This document shows positions 52,146 through 64,000 of a stretch of 64,000 nt of DNA, one piece after another; the stretch's first letter is position 1; the number at the start of each line of letters is the position of its first letter. A program made the position numbers and the translations under genes. The stretch lies in the NCBI RefSeq assembly GCF_009914755.1, contig NC_060933.1; one strand, written 5' to 3'. Below the pieces are notes generated by a model, which was not told the origin of the DNA, did no database searches, and worked only from the letters and a program-made list of their open reading frames with translations. Origin of the DNA: the human T2T-CHM13v2.0 reference genome, Homo sapiens.

Positions 52146-54107
52146 GTATAGTTGGGCCCAGAATAAGAAAATAATGAGATTATACTTTCATGGATAGTAC
52201 AGCTGAGTGACAGAAGGAAAAATTCATCGGTTGAATTAAGAGCAGAGAAGAAATTAGAACTCAGCACTCCCAATACCTGATCTTTTGCTGTAATTACTAT
52301 GGTGTCCTGTTATAAGGAGAGCCCCTGGCTCCTTGGCCTAGTGACTTCCCTTTCCCAGTCTTGCCTTCCCCATCTGAAAATACAAGAATGTAGTTCCATT
52401 GAAGAGAATCATGATGATCATGATAGGCACTACTATTTACTGAGCATCACTTTATGCTGGGTCCTGTGCTGAGCCCTGTTACATGGATTTCACAAACCAC
52501 AAGTCACATGAGTTGGAGAGGGACACAGGGCCATATCCCTATAGCTAGAGGCACTGGCTAGGTGGGGTAATCATCACTGCTGCCCACACTTTAACCAGGA
52601 ACTGCTCCCTCCCTGACATGTCCTGGGTCTGATAAGCAGTCACCCCTGGGGTGTGGGAAAGCACAGAAACCACAACTTTAGGGCAGCGAAAGGCCTTCTA
52701 AGCCCTAGCACACATCTCTGGGAATGGGAAGCTCGCTACCTTCTGAAATGGTCCGGCTGGTCACCACCCAGCTAAACCACTATGCTTGGAAGAGCTGTTT
52801 CCATTTCATAAATTTATCAACTTTGCTTGGAGCAGTTCATGGACCATTTTCTGTTTAGGTTTAATTCCAGGTCTGCAAGGCCTGGCCAGCATGGGAGTGG
52901 TGATCCTAAAGACTTGTTCTGAAAGGATAACCTTGGGAAAGCTAGTTATCCTCCCTGAGCCTCAGTTTCCTCATCTGCAATGGGGATGTCAAACATATCC
53001 ATAATGAACACTGGATGGACCCTTCCATGGCTCAAATTCTAAGTGAAACACTATGATGCATTCCACTCACTTAATCCTCCCAAGACCAATGAAGTAAATA
53101 CTATTCTCACCCTCATTGGACAGAGAGAACTGAGATTCAAAGAGGATAAGTAACCAAAACTACAGAGCAAGTAGGCAGTGGGGCTGAGCAGCCCTGGATG
53201 TCTAACTCCATGGTTTGAGGACTTAACCATGTGATGATACCACTTCACAGGTTTGTCTAGAGAACTCGAGAGCATAAAGCACCCAACACAGTGCTCAGGA
53301 AGCTCCCTACCCCCTTCCCTGAGTATGACCCGGGTTCATGGCAGCACCAACAGTGAGTTCCAAGACCAGCCAGAGCACAAGGGTGTAGGACACAAAGGCA
53401 GCTCTCATCTCACCAAGTAGTCTGGGGCTCTCAGCAGCCCAGGGCACTTCTCTTGCAAAGTAGCCTGGCATTTTCTGTGGGCCAAGACAAGTTACAGGAG
53501 GGAAGTTGCTCTATGACCCTCTGAAGCTTCCTTCCTTTCTTGGTCTCTGCATTTTCTATGTTCTGCTTCTGCTGCTGTGGCCTCTATCAGGCATGGACTC
53601 AGTTTAATATTGGTGAGACTGCCCTGGGTGCATGCTGGCTGGATAGCTGGACTTCTCAGGCCCCCTCTCTACCCCAGCATGCTCCCAATGCACCCAGTTC
53701 CCTGTAGCTCCTCCCAACAGGTGATCTCCTGCAGGGTGCCCTCCACATCCACTCACCCTGGAGGGCTCAACCATGCCCTATACCCATCAAGCCTCTCTCT
53801 CAAGCTTAGATCTCTCTCCTGGGCTCCAGGTCATTCCATCCAAATGCCTGTGGGGGAGCTCTACCTCCAGCCAGCAGACCCCAAAGAACACTCATTGTCT
53901 TTTCCCTAAAACCTGATTCTCTCCTGGAAAGGACGTCACCACCCTCCTAGTCACTCAAGCAAATTCAGACTCTGAAGCCAGCAGAGGGAAATACTCTGCC
54001 TGAGTCACACAGAACCAGGGGTCCCTTATCAAAGTCCCGTGAGCAATCTATTTTGCCTTCTAAGAGCTCTAAGTTCATCTGAAGTCCACATGGAACACAA
54101 ATGCCCA

Positions 54108-55785
<1,678 letters not shown>

Positions 55786-55942
55786 AAATGTAATATTTTA
55801 AAGTGATGATGTGATTAATTGAAAATAAAGCCCATAACCCTCTCCCGGGGCCCATCTCCCTGCAGGAGAATCACAGTGGGTCAAGCTCCACTGAAGGGGC
55901 TGCCTGCAGCTTGGCTAGCCCCTCAGCTCCACTGGCACTTAC

Positions 55943-56078
55943 TGTATTTCAGTCCCCAGGTGCTTGAGGGAAATATTCTGAAGGGCAGGGAAGGGCTGCA
56001 AGGCAGCTGCCACGCCCACTAGCCCAGGGGGTGTTTTCACAGGGCACAGGAACTCCTCCAGCTCTGCCTCTTCTTGCC
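55943..56078 (-). CDS. TBC1D2: TBC1D2 exon 3 (GQEEAELEEFLCPVK...LGTEIQ)
   Basis: ttcccag|GG ... ATACA|gtaagt; 136 nt; phase 1 to 2. Confidence 0.95.
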
Positions 56079-56325
56079 CTGGGAACAAAGAAAAGGGAAA
56101 TCCATCAGCTGGGTCACTGCACTTGGAAAGACAGGTCAGGTGGGATGCTATGGGTGCAGCCCTGACTGGGAACAGGCTGGAGTTGGAGAGTTGCAGGGGC
56201 AAGCAGGCCCTCCCTGTAGGTTAACAGCAGCAAAATAGGCTTTTCACAAAATGTTCTGCAGCCAGTAAAATGATGCATTTTGCTGGTACAGCCCTCCTGC
56301 AAACCCCTTAAAAATATGCAGACCT

Positions 56326-57593
<1,268 letters not shown>

Positions 57594-58973
57594 TTAACAG
57601 TGGTTTGAGCTGCGTGATGGGATTTGCAGTGAGCAGGCTATTCTCATTGTATTTTACTGTTTTTTTTCCAAATTTTCTACAATAAACATGGGTTACTTTA
57701 TAAACAGAAAAAGAATATGTATTTATCAAAAATAGATGTTTATACAGAGATTTTAAAAACACACGCAAATATTAGGGTCACACTACTGAGTATCAAAAAA
57801 CAAAGTAGGACATTTTATATTATTATATGATCTGAAATGTGTTTAAATAAAAGGCAGGCAGGAGGTCATAACATAAGGTTAATACTGGCTGCCTCTGGGT
57901 GATAGGATTACAGGTTCTTTTTCTTTTTAGTCTTCCAAATGTTCTGTTTAAACAATGATTCTTCTACAGTGAGTGACTTGAAAATGTTTAATGTTAAGCA
58001 AGCTTTCAAGGCCAAGGAAATTATGTGAAGTATAAGAGAGGGGAGGTGAAATATTTAGAAATTAACTTTGAGTGTTAGAAAAAGGAGAAAAGAGCCAGGA
58101 CCACTTATGGGTTGGTATGAGCTTGATTAGACAGCCCCTGAGACCTACCAGGGCAGCAGACACTTTCCACTTGGAGCCCTCTTACTGGGAGACTGAAACA
58201 TTTAGGAGCGGAGATTTGTTTTTGCACTATATCTGCAAAAAGGGTGTGGGTATAAAAATATTAAATATAATGATGGGGGTCAGGGGGAGCTGTTCAACCT
58301 ACCTAAGAAAAGAAACTTAGCAGTAGTTCAAACAACAGACAGTGTATTTGTAAATTCCTAACAGGCTCCATCAGATCTGGCAGGTAGGCCAGCACTCACA
58401 CTCCTCAAATGCGAGATCTTTGAGGCCCTCCCTTCCATGAATCCTCTCACCAAACACAGACTGGGTGTTTACCCTGAGGCTTGTGAGTGGGGCTGGAGAA
58501 AGTGAGAAGAATAAAAGCAGAAACTCAAAGCCTAAGGAGCAGGGAAGGGGAAAAAGTGCACACCTGGGGTCAGGTGCTGGGGTAGGGGCAGTTCTGGGAG
58601 GTGGAGACAGAGTCTTTCCAACCCAGGTCAGGGGAAACTTCCTGGAGGAGGGGCACTGCAGCTGGGCCTTAAGGACTGGGGTTGATTTGAATCTGCAGGA
58701 GGAACCAGGAAAGATCTTCCTATGCCAAGCATACAGGCAACAGTAAGGGGTTTCAGACCCAGAGCTGAGTTTGCGGGGAGGAAGCTGGGAAGATGGGGTG
58801 GGGAAGGCCAAACAGAAAGGGGTGTGGGTAAGTGGTTGGATCTCATCACGATGGAAACCAGAGCTCCTAGGGGTTTGAGCAGGAGGCTGAAGAACCAAAC
58901 CTGGCTTTGGGTAGAAGATCTGTAGCTGGGCCCTGTTTCCATGGGGAGGGTGTTGCGACCTGGTTGCAAATCA

Positions 58974-59791
<818 letters not shown>

Positions 59792-62700
59792 TTATCAATA
59801 TTTTAACCATCTTATTCTCCTTCATTCAAAGCAAACCAAAAAAACTTAACAGTTTCTCTAAGATTTTGATATCTTAGCAGTACTTCCCTAACTGCTAATA
59901 TCTGTTTTCTTGTAAGTGCCACCTGTGGGCCTAGATCAACTCTGAGACTACACAGAGCCAAGTCCTGGGGGTTGTCATCACTGGTAGGTTTTACCAATGA
60001 GGAAATAGCCACTCAGAGAGGTTGAGTTTTGTGGCCAAAGTCAAAGCTAGCAGGTGACACCGTTATAGACTCAAACACGTCCCTACTTTTGCTTTTCCCA
60101 TTAAACAATGTGGCTTATCAGAGCAGCCTTTCTAACAAGCAGATCATCTAAGACAGGAGGGGCTGCCCATGAAGGCACAAGCTCCCAATGCAAAGGAGTG
60201 TGCAAGGCACGGGCGGCACAGGATGGCGATGCCCCAACAGAGACCAGCACTTCCCACAGGAGGCAGAATCAATGACCTGAGGCTGCAGTCTGGGGCACCC
60301 TGGAGAAATGCCCTCCATGAGTGACCACACAGAGGATTTTCAGCAGCATTTATTTGTAATTCTCCTTTTACGTGAGCTCTGAGGGTTGCCCCACCACCAG
60401 TGGGAAGAAGGCGCTGCCTAGACAAAAAAAGGGCCTGACCCAGGAGGTCACTGCCTCCCTAGAGGGCCCTGGACGAGTGCCTGGCTGCCCCTTAGCTTTG
60501 GGAGGGCAGGTTATGAGTCTGCAGCCTAGGGTTTGAATTTCAGCACTGATGTTTTCTTACTACATGACCTAGGACAGGTCTCTTGACCTCTTTGAGCCTT
60601 AGTTTCCTGGTCTATAAAATGGAAATAGCACTAACTACTCTATAAAATTATTGTGAGGATTAAATAAGATGACGCATGTAAAGTGTTGGGGCAGCAGGCA
60701 TATTTCATGACAGTACACATTTATACAGGTCCTTTGTAAACTGTAGCTTACTGTGGCAACTTGCTATTCTTATTATTATAAGTCTCGTGGGTTCCCTTTG
60801 ATCTTTCTTGGCTCTGCGGAGACCGTTGTTTAGGTAAAGCATAAAATAAAGTTGTAAATCCTTAAAAGCAGGAGAGAACATGCCTTGCAGATTGCTCAAG
60901 AGCAGTGACGAGACACTTTTTACCAGAAGTCTCTGACTCAAAGTCAGACATGGGTCAGGAGGTTTTCAACGACATGGGAGCGGGCCGCTGCTTCCTCAGG
61001 AAGGGTGGAGGCGGGCGAGGTGGGGCAGCCTGCTCCACGTGGCTAATCCAGGCCTTGCTGACTTGCCCAAGACACCAGAAACATCTTTCTAGGTGGGCTG
61101 GGAAGGTTTTGCCAGGCCCTGGGTCTGGGAGGAGAGTGCAGGCTTGCTGCAAGGCGAGGAAAGGTTTCAAGAGGAGAAGCTCACGTCCCTGCTTCCTGAG
61201 TCTCAGGCAGCATCCTCCTCAGGAGACTAGAACCCAGGTCATCACAGCAACTCCACCCCTTTCTCCAATGCCCACAGCAGGGGCTGGCCTGGAAGAGGCC
61301 CGCCGTGTGTGCTGAAGCAAAGCCGCACAATTAAAGAACCTGCAACAGGTTCCCCACAGCAGAAGAGGTCTGAGGATCCCAGAGCCGTTCTTCCACAATC
61401 TGCTTCTTCAAATTTCAGTTAAGACACAGGAATTCTATTATTGCAGAGGTTTCTGCTGGCCTCTAGTCTGATGCTGATCTTTGCAGCAGCATCAACCCAG
61501 GCTGCAGTTTTCTGCAAAACCAGGGTTGTCTGGCTCCCTGGCAGATGGGGAGTGGGGGCTGGAGCAGAAGCAAAGAAACCCTTCAAAAGAAACTCCAAAG
61601 AAATTACTAATGATTATTAAGAATAAAAGGAACAGTTATTATACTAGTAACAGCACCTATATATGTTTGTGTATATACTATTATGATAGTAATAGCATGG
61701 GTGTGTTCTATGCACAGACATATAGACATAGAATAACAATATTATTAGGACAACTCCCATGTATTGAGCACTTACTATGTGCCTGAGGTTATGCTAAGGG
61801 GTTTACATTCCTTTCCTCATTTAATTATAAAGTTTAGTGTATTGACTTACACATTCATTCCACAAATATCCAATGTGCCAGGCAGGACACCAGGGAGGTG
61901 ACACAGGCAACCAAAAAAAAGTCCCCACCCTTAAGGGCTAGCGGGTGGAGATGGACAAGGACGGGGGTAATTAATAGAACACAATGGAACAGGTCTCCCT
62001 TGAAGTGTTTGAAAAAAGTGTTGAGGGCCCAGAGAGAATCCAGCTGACAAAGTCTGAGAAGGCTTCCAGGAGGAGGCTGGCAAGAAGAGAAGGCAATGCT
62101 GGAGCTTGGCCATAGAGAATAAGCAAGAATTTGCCAGGCAAAGGAGAGAGAGCAGAGACTCTGCCGAAGCATCAAGCCCAAGGTGGGGACTGGGGGAGCA
62201 GGCAGAGGTGAGATCAGGAGGGATGAGCCCTGAGTGCAGGAGTGAGGTGGTGGGTGGCATTGGATGGCAGTGACCGGGTTCAGGGTCAGGTTTAAGAAAG
62301 CTCACTCAGGCTGCAGAGAAGGGGATGGGTTCTGGCATGGCCTCCACATGGGGATACTGGAGAGGAGGCCACTGTGACTTTGAGAGATGAGGTGTGACCT
62401 GGGCAGTGGCAGCGAGAAAGGCCTGGGTCTGATGTATGGGTCAGAGGGCAAAAATGGCCAGCACAGTGATTGACTGGACTCACTGGCTGGAATTGAGGAA
62501 GGGTGGAGGGCAACTACTAGTGGGTACAAGAGGGGAAATCTACTGAGAGGAGGGAAGGGAAATGGGGAGAAGGGTTGGGGCAGATGTACTCAGCTTTGGA
62601 CATGCAAAGCACCCAGGTACAGAGGTCCAGGGGGTACTTGGTAACAAGTCCTGCCCTTGCCTATTTGGCCTCCCTGTCAACTGAACATGAAGCACTTTAG

Positions 62701-62951
62701 ACACAGTGTGGCTTTGTACTGGGACCTGATTTTCCACATTCTTGCAGGGGCAGCTGTGAGGTGGTCCATACCGATCCTAAAACCTGCCAATCATGTTCCT
62801 GGCTGCAGCATGGGGGTGGGAGGGTGTGGTCTCCTGGACTCTTCCACGTTGGGATGATCCAGGATTTGGGATCAAGAAACTTCATTTGTGAGTCATCTGG
62901 GGGAAAAGGATCCTATCTTATGGGAACACCAGCGATAAAAATAATTGATCT

Positions 62952-63251
<300 letters not shown>

Positions 63252-63731
63252 TCACTGATCTACCCAACTCACGACACAAATCTACAACACTGCATTTTCT
63301 TATTAACCCTCCTCACAGCAATTCTGTGAAAGTTTGATTTCTTGAGGCCTTCCATAATAGTCATCACAATAGTAGCTCACAAGTATTGGGTTCTGACCAT
63401 GTGCAGGCATTGTTCTAACCATTTTAGGTATATGAATTCATTTAATCCTCAAAACATCCCTAAGAAGTAGGGATAATTTATAAACCTCATCTTATGGGGA
63501 AGGAAACAAGCTCAGAAAGGTTAAACAACTTGCCTAAAGTTATATAGGACTAGGATTTGAACCCAGGCAGCCTGGCCTCAGCCCAAATTCTTGCCCTAAC
63601 TAATCCTGAGTCATATCCCTGGCTCTCTGCTTCCTTAGCAGAGGGCTCCTCCCGCTCATTCCCAGCAGGAGGGTAAAGGCTTAATCACCAGAGCCCTGGG
63701 TGTGCAGGCAGGAGGGTAGCCCATTGGGTAC

Positions 63732-63873
63732 CTAGCTCGAGGTGCAGGACGGGCCCATTCCCAGCCAGGGCGGCATCAGGGGTGGCAGGAGGTGCCGGCG
63801 GGCTGTTGTGGAATTCCCAGCGCTTCATCTGCAGCTGCTGCAGCCAGTACAGCATCGCTTGCTTGGTGGCGGC
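63732..63873 (-). CDS. TBC1D2: TBC1D2 exon 2 (end of PH domain; AATKQAMLYWLQQLQMKRWEFHNSPP...LHLEL)
   Basis: ttctcag|GCC ... CTAG|gtaccc; 142 nt; translation matches remembered TBC1D2 protein. Confidence 0.95.
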
Positions 63874-64000
63874 CTGAGAAGCACAAGGATTAGTTGGCAA
63901 GGCCCTGTGCCTGAAGGGTGGCACTGGGTGCAGGAAGAGGGGAAGGTTGTGGGAGGCTTAGGAATGCTTTCTTTCCCAGGAAAAAAAAAAGGGGGTCACT

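Overview
Human (primate) genomic DNA, dense in Alu, MIR, L1, L2 and MER repeats. It holds exons 2-13 of TBC1D2 (Armus/PARIS-1, a Rab7 GAP) on the minus strand. I reconstructed all 12 exons with GT-AG boundaries and consistent phases (2418 nt, 805 codons plus stop); exon 1 lies beyond the right edge. About 6.4 kb past the TBC1D2 3' end, on the same strand, a CpG island carries a short first exon that I assign to CORO2A from remembered gene order at 9q22.33. The TBC1D2 introns contain the mirtron-like MIR6854, whose 5' arm is the end of a MER5A transposon; an antisense ARL8B processed pseudogene hit by four Alus; and a 7 x 70 bp VNTR. The best leads are a possible CUG-initiated N-terminal extension of CORO2A, a candidate 25-nt poison microexon that would split TBC1D2 between its N-terminal and GAP halves, the transposon-derived mirtron, the ARL8B retrocopy and the VNTR. 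I found no convincing wholly new biological system. Gene, miRNA and repeat-family names come from my recognition of the sequence, not from a search, and repeat boundaries are approximate.
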